Shown in pieces: positions 25,274 through 41,289 of a stretch of DNA of 64,000 bases. Position numbers and translations under genes: made by a program. The DNA comes from the human T2T-CHM13v2.0 reference genome, Homo sapiens, in the NCBI RefSeq assembly GCF_009914755.1, contig NC_060934.1; one strand, written 5' to 3'. How positions within the stretch are numbered: the first letter of the stretch is position 1; every line of letters starts with the position of its first letter. Below the pieces are notes generated by a model. It did not search any database, was not told where the DNA came from, and worked only from the letters and a program-made list of their open reading frames with translations.

Positions 25274-26660
25274 TATTTTTGATAATGAAAATTAGAGAAA
25301 GTAGATTCCAGTGCATACTTATTAAATGTCATTACTAACAGAATGAAAATAGTAGATGTGAGTTCCAAATCACAAGGGAAAAGTCAGGTTAAAAAAGTAA
25401 CCTCAATATAAAAGGTGTATTAAAAATGACCATAAAACAAAATAGCAGAAATAAAATTAAGCATATAAATCATGTTAATAAAATGATCAGGATGAACTCT
25501 TATTTTGAATCACAGACTCACATTTGGTTAAGAGTAAAATCTAAATACTGCGTTAGTGTACCCAGTTAATCCAAAAATATTAAAAATAAGGCAATGGGCA
25601 ATGATATAGTGAATGAATCCCAACAAAAAGAGACAGGAGTGTGAATATGAACAGGAGACAAGGTGGAACTCAAGGCCAAAACAGCTAAAAGAAAAAATCC
25701 ACAATGAAAGAATGACAATTTTGCACACTTCTATGGTGATTAAAAAAAAGCATCAAATGTAATTAACAAAAGTTTTAGCAATACAAAAGAAAATAAGGGA
25801 AGCACTGTTGTTGTAGTAATGTTAACAAACTTGTGTTGCAAGAAATCACGTGGACAACAACCAATAAGGGAGTAGAGGATTCAAACCATGTCACGTATTT
25901 GTATTGCACAAATGGATAATGTATTTTTCCAAATATACTTAGAATATTGATCTACAAATTGATCATAAAAACATCTTAACACACTTCCCAATTACCAGTT
26001 AAAATTTGCATTAGTGCCTAGTTTTTGGTTGTGTCATAAAACACCCAGTGCTGTTGGGGGATCCTCACAATGATGGCTATTGTTATCATAAAATATTGAC
26101 TGAGAGCCTGCAACGCACATGTGCCCCTGCAGGGTGGCATAGACGGCGAGCCCAGGGAGGCCACTGACATGCATTCAAGAGAAAAGAAAAGAAGCCAGGC
26201 TTTGGTCAGTTGTGAATATACCATCTCCTGACTCCCAAGCATTGGTTCATCATCCAGCTGGCAATTGTTGAGCCTCAGCCAATGGTGGAACCAAAATCTA
26301 GTATCTCTGGAGTAATTTCCATTTCCAACAGAAGGAGAGTGACTTTCACTGACTCTTACTCTCCATTTGGATTTCAGGCATAAGTGCTTCATGGTGGAGT
26401 GAGAATGGCTTGCCCTGGAAGGGTCATGTTTTAGAAGGAGTGATCTTCATTGTGAAGTCTAAACTGTTCTGGAAATATAAGCTTTGAAACCCAGGTAGGC
26501 AGGTTTCATTTTAAGCAATATTGCAGGATCACAGGATAATTATTGGTTTATAAGGTGATTCTTCACTGTACAAAGTATCTTAAATACTAAACATGCTGAT
26601 GTGTTGCAAATTTGATTAGGTTTTCACAAGACTTCTCTAGAATGCGTTTATGTGTACCTA

Positions 26661-26897
26661 TGAGGAAAAATTATTGACTCTTTTACCAGGGCTGCCAACA
26701 GGGTCTAAAATGAGACCACAAGGCTCTCCTTGACAGGAGTGGTGTGCTTAAAGACAAAGTCACCTGCAAGGTTAATAAATTATTTTTAATAAGTAGATAA
26801 TGGAGAAAAAGCATGAAAATGTTTCCTTCAATATGTGGCATGGGCTCCATTCTAATGTGATTCGGCGGTGACTTTGTATTTTTAAGGAGCTGAACTC
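26661..26897 (+). repeat. Spaced direct duplication A, copy 1
   Basis: Aligns along its length to 28289-28516, with an identical 38-nt core acaggagtggtgtgcttaaagacaaagtcacctgcaag. Confidence 0.95.
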
Positions 26898-27484
26898 CTT
26901 GGCTGTCCTCATCCAGGTTTGCAGAATCTGACCAAGAATGATGTTGAACAGCTCCTCAGCCATAAGGCCCCTGAAGTTGTCAGAGCCCCACTTGTCCTGT
27001 CCTGGGTCACCCTGCTTGTCACAGAATGGAGTCCAGTTCACATACTCCCCATCTATACCTAGTTCCATACATACACAATCTTATCGTGAGCTCCTTTTAA
27101 TTTAAACACTTACATCAGTTATTTACAGCTGCATGATTTCATTCCACATGGTGGTGATATTTTTTTCTCCAAATATGGACTCATTGGATGGTCATAAATA
27201 AAGTAATCTGGGCGTAGGAAATGGAGTATCCTTCCCCCGGGGTCATTCCAGGGGAGGCAGGGAAGGAAGAGCTTCGCTATTTCGGGAAAGCTGGTGGACG
27301 CTTCGGCTCCGAGGCTGGCTGGGAGGGCCCATAGCTAGGCGGCAGCTGCCCTCAATCTCACAGCTTTAATGAAGGAGGGCTGCCGGATTTACATTGTTTA
27401 AACACTTAACGAAATTAGCTATGAAAAGAAGGATGGGAGGAGCCCTGGGTAGTGGGGGAATTTAGGCCTTCTGTCTTCACACAC

Positions 27485-27487
<3 letters not shown>

Positions 27488-27540
<53 letters not shown>
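27488..27540. repeat. (AC)26 microsatellite
   Basis: Directly visible. Confidence 0.97.
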
Positions 27541-27542
<2 letters not shown>

Positions 27543-28288
27543 GATTTTCCTAAGAGGCTGCCAGTAGGAACTGGCAAGAAATTATGTGCCTCTTTACAGC
27601 AAGATTAAAAGCAACAACAGTGACAAAAACGCCTGTTTTGGAAAGCTGTGCCTGGCAGGGGCTGGTCAGGACTTTGGCGCTCTGGGCCCATGGGCTGCGC
27701 TGATTTGGAGCCAGCTCTGGATCAGCAGGGTGAGCGGCTGGCCTAGGGCGGTGGATCTGAAACCTAAGGATGAGATCCCAGGGGCTTCAGTGCCAGGAAT
27801 GGAAACACTGGGATGGAGGTGGGAGCTTGCAGGCCCAGCCTTCTGAGGCTCTTTCAAATTATTCCTGGTCTACTAGATTTTTAGTTTGGCTCTAGTTGGT
27901 TAGAACAGAATTATGTCTAAGAATGTTAAACATTGACTGTTTCTCAAGCTGGGGTGATCTCTAGTGGATGGCCACAGAGCTCTGTCATTGAACCTATTCT
28001 CTTCAACATTTTAATCAATGGGTTGAATGGCATCATGGAAGACATACTTACCTAACATTCTAGTAACAAATATAAAAGCGCATATGAAATAGAAAACAAA
28101 ATCATGAGTGGAAATAAATGTGAAAAAATAGTAAATTGAGCTGAGATCAACAAGGTGAAGCTTGCAGGAGTAAATGGAAGATTCTAAAATTAGATTCCAG
28201 AAATCCATTTCATAAGCACAATATAGGAGAACCCTAGCTGGGTGGATACGACAGACACATCAGAAAACCCTCTGTGGTTCTGGTTAAG

Positions 28289-28516
28289 TGAGGAAAAATC
28301 ATTGACTCTCCTATCAGGGCTGCCAACAGGGTATAAAATGAAGAGACCATGTCTCTCCTTCACAGGAGTGGTGTGCTTAAAGACAAAGTCACCTGCAAGT
28401 TTAGTAGATTGCTTTTAATGAGAGAAAAAGCATGAAAATATTTCCCTCAATATGTGACATGGGCTCCATTCTAATCTGACTCCATGGTGACTTTGCAATT
28501 TTAAGGAACTAAGCTC
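28289..28516 (+). repeat. Spaced direct duplication A, copy 2
   Basis: Aligns to 26661-26897. Confidence 0.95.
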
Positions 28517-28724
28517 AAGGCGAGCCCCACAGAGCCAGGACTTGCTCCCTTAAAAAGCCCCAGCAGATCTGGATTGCCTCTGAGGCGAGAGACGCCCCAG
28601 GCCATTGCTACAGCACTGCTAGTGCCATGGCTTTCTGAATTAACAGGTGGACACTGTTTAGTCCTCTTTAAGAAACAGGATTGACTCTTTCCCCTAAATG
28701 ATGTCATGAAGCATCTTTGATGAA

Positions 28725-29027
28725 CAGGATTTGTTTCTCACAGTTCTGGGGGCTGAGAAGTTCCAGACCAAGGCACCAGCAGTTTAGTGCCTGGTGAGAG
28801 CCTGCTTCCGCATTCATAGACAGCACCTTCTCACTGTGGCCTCATATGGCAGGAAAAGCATGAGAGAGCTCTCTGGGATCTCTCAGGTCACTCATCTCAT
28901 CACAGGTTGCCACTGTCATGATCTCATTTAAACCTAATTACTTCTCAAAGATCCCATCTGCAAATACCATCACACCACGAGTTAGGTTTCAACATATGGA
29001 TTCTGGGGGGACAAACAGTCCATGGCA
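28725..29027 (-). mobile_element. MLT1A-like LTR, partial (ERVL-MaLR)
   Basis: tttctcacagttctggg...aaataccatcaca...ttaggtttcaacatatg. Confidence 0.8.
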
Positions 29028-29804
29028 CTGTCCTGTAGCCCCTAAGTCAGCACCCTCTGCCCTGGGCGTTTCTCCTCTAAGGTCCACATCACCTGGCACA
29101 CTTTATCACCATGAGCCTACCCTGTGTTTCCTGAGGATCTGCCACCTCCTTGGATCATCATTGCCCCTCCTTGTCATTCTCCTCTGTTGGCTGTTTCAGA
29201 ACTCAGAGGCCCATTATTACCATGGGGCTATTGTTACATCTTCCCGGCTGGTCTCTCCTCTTTCCCAGCATCTCCTGCTTCTCCCTCTGCTGGAATAATG
29301 ACTTTGGTGGGTATGAATTTAATCACCCCAGCCCCACTTACCATCTTTGGCTGACTCCCAGCTGCCCAAGGTTGCAGCCCAGGTTCTGACCCTGGCCTTT
29401 ACCCACGTTTCCTGCCCTGACCCCATCTCTCTGTCTGTGCTCACCCTCCCAGCCCTCATTGCTTCCCCAGTACTGGTTCCTGCAAGCTGCTTGGTTGATG
29501 CTCCAGTTCCTCCTTTTTCTTCCTCTCTGCCTGGGGAACCTCTCGCATCTTTCAAGGTCAGGATGAGAGGCTCTGCCTCAGTATGTCGCAGTACTTCTGC
29601 CTCCTTGAAAATTAATTGCTTTTTCTTGGGATTCTAAAGGTTTCTTTGCCATTTCTCTGTAGAAACAAATCCTGAATTTGAGTTCCAATTCTGTCCCATA
29701 CTTGCTGGTGACTCTGGGCAAGTCCTGACAGGCCCTGGGGAACTTGGCCTGTTAGAATCCCAGTGTCTTTTTGTAGAAAGTCAGAATAGTAGTGGTTACC
29801 TCTG

Positions 29805-30170
29805 TGCTGTGGACGGAATTGTGTTCCCCCAATTCATATGTGAAGTTCTTACCCCTAGTGTGATAGTATTTGGAGATGAGGCCTTTGGGGAGGTGATTAG
29901 ATTTAGGTGAAGGACTTGAGGGTGGATCCTCATGATGGGGTTAGTGTCCTTATATGAAGAGACACCAGAGAGCTTGCTCACTCTGCCATGTGAACACATA
30001 GCACATAGGCAACTGTCTACAAGCCGAGGAGAGAAGTCTTACTGGGAACCAACCCTGCTGGAACCTTGATTTTAGACTTTCAGTCTCCAGAACCATGAGA
30101 AAACAAATCACACTTGTTGAAGCAACCCAGTCTGTGGTATTTTGTTATGGCAGCCTGAGTTGCTAAGACA
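29805..30170 (+). mobile_element. MLT1A-like solo LTR inserted in a MIR
   Basis: tgctgtggacggaattgtgttccccc...cagtctgtggtattttgttatggcagcc...taagaca. Confidence 0.88.
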
Positions 30171-30559
30171 CTTGGCAATTGTCATGAGGTTTAAATATGA
30201 TTCCATAAGCTGTACTCTGTGGGATGACCCTGGCAATCCATAACCCACACACCAATGGAACTGGCACATACTGGGGGTCTCAAATTATTACTGCTGTTAT
30301 TCTCATTATTATTTTAGGCAATTGCATGAATCTATTTTCTCTCCTATCTTGCTAGCTCTTTGAAGATAGGACCTAGTCTTATCCATTTTTCTATAACCCA
30401 GAACTAGTCTAGAGTTTGGCACATAATAGTTGCCTAATGAATATCTGCTACATGAATAAATAAGCTTATATTTTAATATAATATGCTGTTCATTACAGAA
30501 AGGTCATCAACGTAATGAAGTAGCTTACAGGTAGTACAAATAATGAGCAATAATTAATT

Positions 30560-30740
30560 ATGTGCTTTGGGCCACTTTTCATGCAGTACTGAATTCTCAC
30601 AGGAAGTCTCAGACGAAGACACTGCTAACTCCACTTTCAGAGAGAAACACTGAGGCTCAGAGCTAAACTAACTCGCCTCAGAGCCCACATCCTGGACTTG
30701 AGCCTCAGGGTGTTGCATGCCAAAGCCTGTCCTCTTCACC
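30560..30740 (-). mobile_element. MIR SINE
   Basis: ccactttcagagagaaacactgaggctcagag core. Confidence 0.6.
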
Positions 30741-31847
30741 CCAGCTTCCTGGGCATTGGAGCGGATCCATAGTGTTAGATATGCAGTGGGAATGGCCCCC
30801 ATTCCAAGCCACTTCCTGACCTGATGGCAGCACCCTGCTAGTCCTCACATGGAGCCCTGGAGAAGCCGGGTTCCTTAACCCAGATTTGAATCAATAGCCT
30901 CACACCTGGTATGCACATCCAGGCCAAGTGTGGCTGAATGGGGAGCATCTGTTCTGGAGACGGCCACCCTCATGGGCTCCTCTGCTTCCTGTCCCTTCGG
31001 GCACTGATTTATGGCACACAGCAGGGAAGGGCCTGAGCTTGAGCCCTGACCATCGTTATCATCACCATCTTCATTCCAGTGCAGTGAAGAACATTCTGAA
31101 GGTAGAGATGAAGGTCTTCTTTCTGAATGAAGCTCCTTGCATGATTCAGGGATCTTCCTCTTGAAGGCACCAATCATTTTGACTTTAATGCATGCACTCT
31201 GACTTACTTGTGGTGATCTCTCCTGGAAATACATGGAAAAATGAAAAATAGGCTAACTGGGGAGATTTCTTAAATACCAGTTTGTATGGCTGTGTTAACC
31301 TGAATGATTAAATATAGGATTGTTTTTTAAGTTACACATTGTGGGTTTGTGTTTTCCTCATTAATATCAATTGGTTCATTTATTTCTGCTTGCTCTGAAG
31401 CCACAGAGTTCAACAGAACTGCCTGTGTGTTTGCTGCATCTACTAAACTGCCATGATCTTACTGAATATATTTCTTAATATCCTTTTTATGTATGTCATT
31501 TTTGTTAAGTTCTTGAACCAGAACTGAAAAAAAGATTAAAACGTTATCTATTTACAAAACTTTTTTTGATGTTTTGGTAACAAAACAATTTTGCACTTAA
31601 AGTTCCCACTTCAGATGTTATTCTTTCTATTTTTTTTTATTTTTTATTATACTTTAAGTTCTAGGGCACATGTGCACAGTGTGCAGGATTGTTACATATG
31701 TACACATGTGCCATGTTGGTTTGGTGCACCCATTAACTTGTCATTTACATTAGGTATTTCTCCTAAGCTATCCCTCCCCCATACCCCACCCCATGACAGG
31801 CCCCGGTGTGTGACGTTCCCCGCCCTGTGTCCAAGTGTTCTCATTGT

Positions 31848-35621
<3,774 letters not shown>

Positions 35622-35684
35622 TATGATTTTAGCTGGTTATTTTGCTCGTTAGTTGATGCAGTTTCTTCCTAGCATTGATGGTCT

Positions 35685-36709
35685 TTACAATTTGGCATGT
35701 TTTTGCAGTGGCTGATACCGGTTTTTCCTTTCCATGTTTAGTGCTTCCTTCAGGAGCTCTTGTAGGGCAGGCCTGGTGGTGACAAAATCTCTCAGCATTT
35801 GCTTGTCTGTAAAGGATTTTATTTCTCCTTCACTTATGAAGCTTAGTTTGGCTTGATGTGAAATTCTGGGTTGAAAATTCTTTTCTTTAAGAATGTTGAA
35901 TATTGGCCCCCACTCTCTTCTGGCTTGTAGGGTTTCTGCCAAGAGATCCACTGTTAGTCTGATGGGCTTCCCTTTGTAGGTAACCCAACCTTTCTCTCTG
36001 GCTGCCCTTAACATTTTTTCCTTCATTTCAACCTTGGCGAATCTGACAATTATGTGTCTTGGGGTTGCTCTTCTCGAGGAGTATCTTTGTGGTGTTCTCT
36101 GTATTTCCTGAATTTGAATGTTGGCCTGCCTTGCTGGGTTGTGGAGTTCTCCTGGATAATAACCTGAACAGTGTTTTCCAACTTGGTTCCATTCTCCCTG
36201 TCACTTTCAGGTACACCAGTCAAATGTAGATTTGATCTTTTCACATAGTCCCGTATTTCTTGGAGGCTTTGTTCATTTCTTTTTACTCTTTTTTCTCTAA
36301 TCTTGTTTTCTTGCTTCATTTCATGAATTTGATCTTCAGTCACTGATACACTTTCTTTCACTTGATCGAATCAGCTACTGAAGCTTGTGTATGTGTCACA
36401 TAGTTCTCGTGCCATGGTTTTCAGCTTCATCAGGTCATTTAAGGTCTTCTCTACACTGTTTATTCTAGGTAGCCATTTGTCTAATCTTTTTTCAAGGTTT
36501 TTAGCTTCCTTGCAATGGGTTCGAACATCATCCTTTAGGTCAGAAAAGTTTGTTATTACCAAATTTCTGAAGCCTACTTCTGTCAACTTGTCAAAGTCAT
36601 TCTCCATCCTGCTTTGTTCCATTGCTGGCAAGGAGCTGCAATCCTTTGGAGGAGAAGGGGCACTCTGGTTTTTAGAATTTTCAGCTTTTATGCTCTGGTT
36701 TCTCCCCAT
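35685..36709 (-). pseudogene. L1 ORF1p, frameshifted
   Basis: MGRNQSIKAENSKNQS...; RNEQSLQEI; ARREWGPIFNILKEKNFQPRIS...YQPLQKHAKL, in three or more pieces. Confidence 0.95.
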
Positions 36710-37731
36710 CTTTGTGGTTTTATCTACCTTTGGTCTTTGATGATGGTGACCTACAGATGGGGTTTTGGTCTGGATGTCGTTTTTGTTGATGTTGATACTA
36801 CTCCTTTCTGTTTGTTAGTTTTCCTTCTAACAGGTCCCTCAGCTGCAGGTCTGTTGGAGTTTGCTGGACGTCCACTCCAGACCCTGTTTGCCTGGGTATC
36901 ACCAGTGGAGGCTGCAGAACAGCAAACATTGCAGAACAGCAAAAATTGCTGCCTGATCCTTCCTCTGGGAGCTTTGTCTCAGAGGGGCACCTGGCTGTAT
37001 GAGGTGTCAGTCAGCCCCTACTGGGAGGTATCTCCAAGTTAGGCTACATGGGGGTCAGGGACTCACTTGAGGAGGCAGTCTGTCCATTCTCAGAGCTCAA
37101 ACACTGCTGGGAGAACCACTGCTCTCTTTAGAGCTCTCAGGGACATTTAAGTCTGCAGAATTTTCTGCTGCCTTTTGTTCAGCTATGCCCTGCCCCCAGA
37201 GGTGGAGTGTACAGAGGCAGGCAGGCCTCCTTGCGCTGCTGTGGGCTCCACCCAGTTTTAGCTTCCTGGCTGCTTTGTTTACCTACTCAAGCCTCAGCAA
37301 TGGTGGGCTCCCCTCCCCTAGCCAGGCTTGCTGCCTGGAAGTTCGATCTTGGACTAGCAGTGAGCAAGACTCCGTGGGTGTGGGACCCACTGAGCCAGAC
37401 GTGGGATATAATCTCCTGGTGTGCCGTTTGCTAAGACCATTGGAGAAGCATAATGTTTAGGTGGCAGTATGCCCATTTTCCCGGTACAGTCTGTCAGGGC
37501 TTCCCTTGGCTAGGAAACGGAAATCCCCCGACCTCTTGCGCTTCCCAGGTGAAGCAATGCCCTGCCCTGCTTTGGCTCACCCTTCGTGGGCTGCACCCAC
37601 TTTCTGACCAGTCCCAGTGAGATGAACCAGGTACATCAGTTGGAAATGCAGAAATCACCCATCTTCTGTGTCAGTCATGCTGGGAGCTGCAGACCGGAGC
37701 TGTTTTTATTTGGCCATCTTGGAACAGACCC
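36710..37731 (-). promoter_or_regulatory. L1 5' UTR internal promoter with intact YY1 site
   Basis: YY1 motif CAAGATGGCC on the minus strand at 37712-37721. CpGs are largely decayed; activity unknown. Confidence 0.7.
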
Positions 37732-37735
37732 GCTA

Positions 37736-38018
37736 TTTTTTTTTTTTTTTTTTTTGAGACGGAGTCTCGCTGTGTCACCAGGCTGGGGTGCAGTGGTGCA
37801 ATCTCGGCTCACTACAACCTCTGCCTCCTGGGTCCAAGCGATTCTCTTGCCTCAGCCTGGTGAGTAGCTGGGATTACAGGTGCATGCCACTGCACCTGGT
37901 TAATTTTTGTATTTTTAGTAGAGACAGGGTTTCACCATGTTGGTCAGGTTGGTCTTGAACTCCTGACTTCATGATCCACCTGCCTCAGCCTCCCAAAGTG
38001 CTGGGATTACAGGCATGA
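37736..38018 (-). mobile_element. AluS (AluSc-like), missing ~16 nt at the 5' end
   Basis: Poly-T plus dimeric Alu with gtcaccaggctgg and tgacttcatgatcc variants; ends ...attacaggcatga. Confidence 0.93.
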
Positions 38019-38104
38019 TCTTTCTATTTTTATACAAATCTTTTTATCCCTCCCACCCATCTTCAGGGGAACACATAGCCCCAGGTACATTTGGTAAGGC
38101 AGTC

Positions 38105-38249
38105 GGCATGTAACTACTCAATGCTGCTGGTGCAATGTGCAAATTGGCACAGGCAACACACAAACGAATACGCATGTCCCAGCAAAACTTAATTTACACA
38201 ACAGGCAGTAAGCACATGGGACCTTCAGGCCAGAGTTTGCCAACCCCTG
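38105..38249. mobile_element. MER58A-like hAT-Charlie fragment
   Basis: aaaacttaatttacacaacaggc...agtttgccaacccctg terminus. Confidence 0.65.
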
Positions 38250-39547
38250 TTCCACAGAGTCAGACATCTCAGTTCAAGCCCTGTCTCCATCACTAACCAG
38301 TTCTGTGGGTGTGTGTCAATGGGAGCCTTGGTTTCTGTATCTGTAAAATGGGCATTACAACCCCCTAGTCACCTCGGAAGGAGCTCACTTCCTAATACTA
38401 GCACATTGGCAGCACCTGCATTCTGGAGGGGACACATTCAAACTGTAGCCGTTTCTGCAGCTGGGGTTGGTCTGGAGACGGGGGTGGAGAACTGAGCCTG
38501 AGTCCCACAGGTGTGTGCACCAGGGAAGGGCCTAGAATGTGGAACAGGATGTTACCCAGGGAGCTGTCTGCCCTTCATATCCCAGAGAGATGGCAGACTC
38601 CCCTCACAGCAGTAGTGAGTTAAAAGGCGAACAGAGATCATGTAGATTCGGAAAACACTGGTGAGCAGTTGCATCTCCCCTCCCTCATCATGTTTGCGTC
38701 TTCCTCAAACCAGGGATGGACTTCCAGTAGATTAATTGGTGGTCTTGACTCTGAATCTTCTACGGCCTGTGGTTCTGAAGTCAGGTCCACACCTGGTTGC
38801 CTCAGCCATGGCCTGGAGTTCTGGACGTTGTCAGAACAAAGGGCATGAGTGTGTCCCCTCTGCCGTAAGGAGCCCAGCCTGGAGACACAAGGCTTCAGTG
38901 ACTTTGCCCAGGAGGCAAAGGGCAAGGGCAGGGGTGCCCTGGCAAAGGGTGTCTGTGTCAGTGGCTGCCAAAGCCCTGAGGTAGTCCAGGGGCCAGGGAG
39001 AGGGTTCCCCTAGTCGGGGTTCTCTGGGGTGCTCACAAATCACCTCACGTGACCCCAGAGAGAAGCAGCATCGGCAGACGGTGGGACTCGTCAAGCGGGA
39101 TCTTGGTGGCCCTCACCCTTCCTCCCTTCCTCCCCAAACACGGAGGAGTGAAGACCTAGCAAGCAGGGGAGGGGAGGGAGTAGAAGAGTCCATGGGGCAC
39201 TCGCAGACAGGCCTCAGCCAGGGACGTTCACAGTGGTGGCTGTGAGAGTTGATGGCTACTTCATGCCGGAAGGGGGCTGTGTTTGTGGGAGAAGGGATCA
39301 GAGAACTTCCTCATGACCTGAGAGGGCCTGACAGGCACCGAGACTTCCTCCAGGGACCATCAGGAAGTGGCAGGCGGGGAGAATGGCTGGGAGGTGACCT
39401 TGGCCCTTTGTGAGGTCACTGATCTGAGTGGACCCTCCCCACCCAGCTGGCCATGGTAAGGAGGCAGGGGCCACAAAGACCTGAGGCAGGGGCTCAGGGT
39501 TTAGATAGAGGCTGGGGCAGGGTGGGGACTATGACAGCATGAGAGGG

Positions 39548-39937
39548 GGCTCTGGGCTGAACTGGGTCCCCTGCACCCCACAATTCCTACATGGAAGCCC
39601 TAGCTCCCAGCATCTCAGAATGTAGCTGTATTTGGAGATAGGGCCTTAGATTAGATAATTAAGTTAAAAGGAGGCCACTAGGGTGGGCCCTAATCCAATA
39701 TACAGTGTCCACATAAGAAGAGGAGATGAGGACCGAGATGCACACTGGGGTGAGACCATGTGAAGACGCAGGGAGAATGCAGACATCTATAAGCCCAGGA
39801 GAGAGGCTCAGGAGAAACCAGCCCTGCCACACCTCCATCTCAGACTTCTGGCCTCCAGCCTGAGGAAACTGCCATTTCTGCAGTTTAAGCCTCCCAGTCT
39901 GTGACACTCATCATGGCAACCTGAGCACATGAATTCA
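39548..39937 (+). mobile_element. MLT1B-like solo LTR
   Basis: ctcagaatgtagctgtatttggagatagggcc...ggccctaatccaatat...tttaagcctcccagtctgtg. Confidence 0.88.
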
Positions 39938-41149
39938 GGAGGGCTGGAAAATCACTTCCCTCACACCCTTCCCCAGCCCCACTGAACTGCTGCTTCCTTC
40001 TCCCCTGTCCACCCGGATGGGGACTCAGTTGCCAGTACCTGTACCTCTTTGTTGAACCCTCCTTCCCCATCTCATTTCACCAACTACTATGAATTCCTGG
40101 CGATCCTGCATCTTAAATATCACTGAGAATAGAATGACCCCATAATTTACTATCAAATAGGGACACTTTAGAAGTGAAAGTAATTGTGAATTATGTAAGA
40201 CAACAAGCAGACAGCAGGCCCGACCTAGCAATGGTGGGGCAAAAGTGGCCCTCTCTTCTTTCTTACCTCCATGGCTTATTTCAGGTCCTCATCCTTCACC
40301 CCCTGAATGACTGACAGGCCTTTCACTTCTCTCTCTGCCTTTGCACTCAGCAACAACCTCCAGTAGATAATTGCTAAAATGCAAATCAAATCATGTTACT
40401 GCTTAGCCAATAAAATAACCACCACAAAATCAAGAAGTGGAAGACACACTAAAACTTAATGTGAGAGATTCTCTGTTGCCTTTCAGCATGAGGAGAGCCA
40501 AGTCCTTTACCAATGCACCCAGTTCCTCCCCAGCCCCTCCCTTCCAACCCTAACCTCCCGTCCTAAGGGACTGAGCTCAATTTCTCCATGATTCAAGGCT
40601 GCATCTTGTTTCTCTGAACATCAGTGATATTTGCTTAGGATACTGTCTCATTCCTTACCTGCCACCTTATACTCAAGATTCAGGTCAGTCATCCACTGGG
40701 GAATATGTGTGAAAGATTACTAGCCAGAAGGTTATTTGCTGGTGCAAGCAGACAACAGAGGCCTGTTAGTGGAATGAGGACTGTGACCATGAAGATAAGT
40801 CAGGTCCAAGTGCTACATGAGCAAGGAGGAGAGGCCTCACCCAAACTGGAGGGTCAGAAGACCTTCTAGAAGGCTGGTTTGGGAGATCTGTTCCCTTGAA
40901 GGAGAAAGGAAGAATCAGGTTCACCAGATGGGGAAAATATTCCAACCAATGGGGCAGGATGTTCCCAGAGAGGGGAGTGGGCTGGACCTTTACGAGAACC
41001 TAAAGGAGGTTTGATGTGGATACATCACAACATTCCTAGTCCCCAAGGAGTCCCCTGCATCCCCCTCCCAGGCGCTAATCCCCCATGGGGAACCATTGAC
41101 TCCTGGCAACATCCATCTGGCTTGTGAACTTTTGGACTTGCATAAATGA

Positions 41150-41289
41150 AATTGCATAGTCTTTAGTCTTTTTACTTGTCCCCTGTCTCCATTAGACACT
41201 GAACTTCTTGAGGGCAGAGATTGCGTCTTTTGTCTCCTTGTCCTCAGTAGAAGTTCAATAAATGATGTTGGCGAATGAATGAATGAATG
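41150..41289 (+). mobile_element. L2 3' end
   Basis: cttgagggcagagat...tcaataaatgatgttggcgaatgaatgaatgaatg. Confidence 0.75.

Larger units (their letters stand above)
23860..26020 (+). mobile_element. Highly decayed ancient L1/HAL1 (ORF1 to ORF2 EN-like) remnant interrupted by MER53 and an Alu monomer
   Basis: A-rich text with L1-like motifs such as aggcattccagagaaagaa and attgatctacaaattgatcataaaaacatct. Confidence 0.45.

Noticed and set aside
28044-28062. ATACTTACCT, as a U1 5' end or a recursive splice site on the minus strand
   Set aside because: The U1 match stops after 10 nt with no TSD, and donor 7-mers are expected several times by chance in 64 kb.
26661-28516. Duplication A as paired LTRs of a mini-retrotransposon
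   Set aside because: No TG..CA termini, PBS, PPT or flanking TSD could be found.
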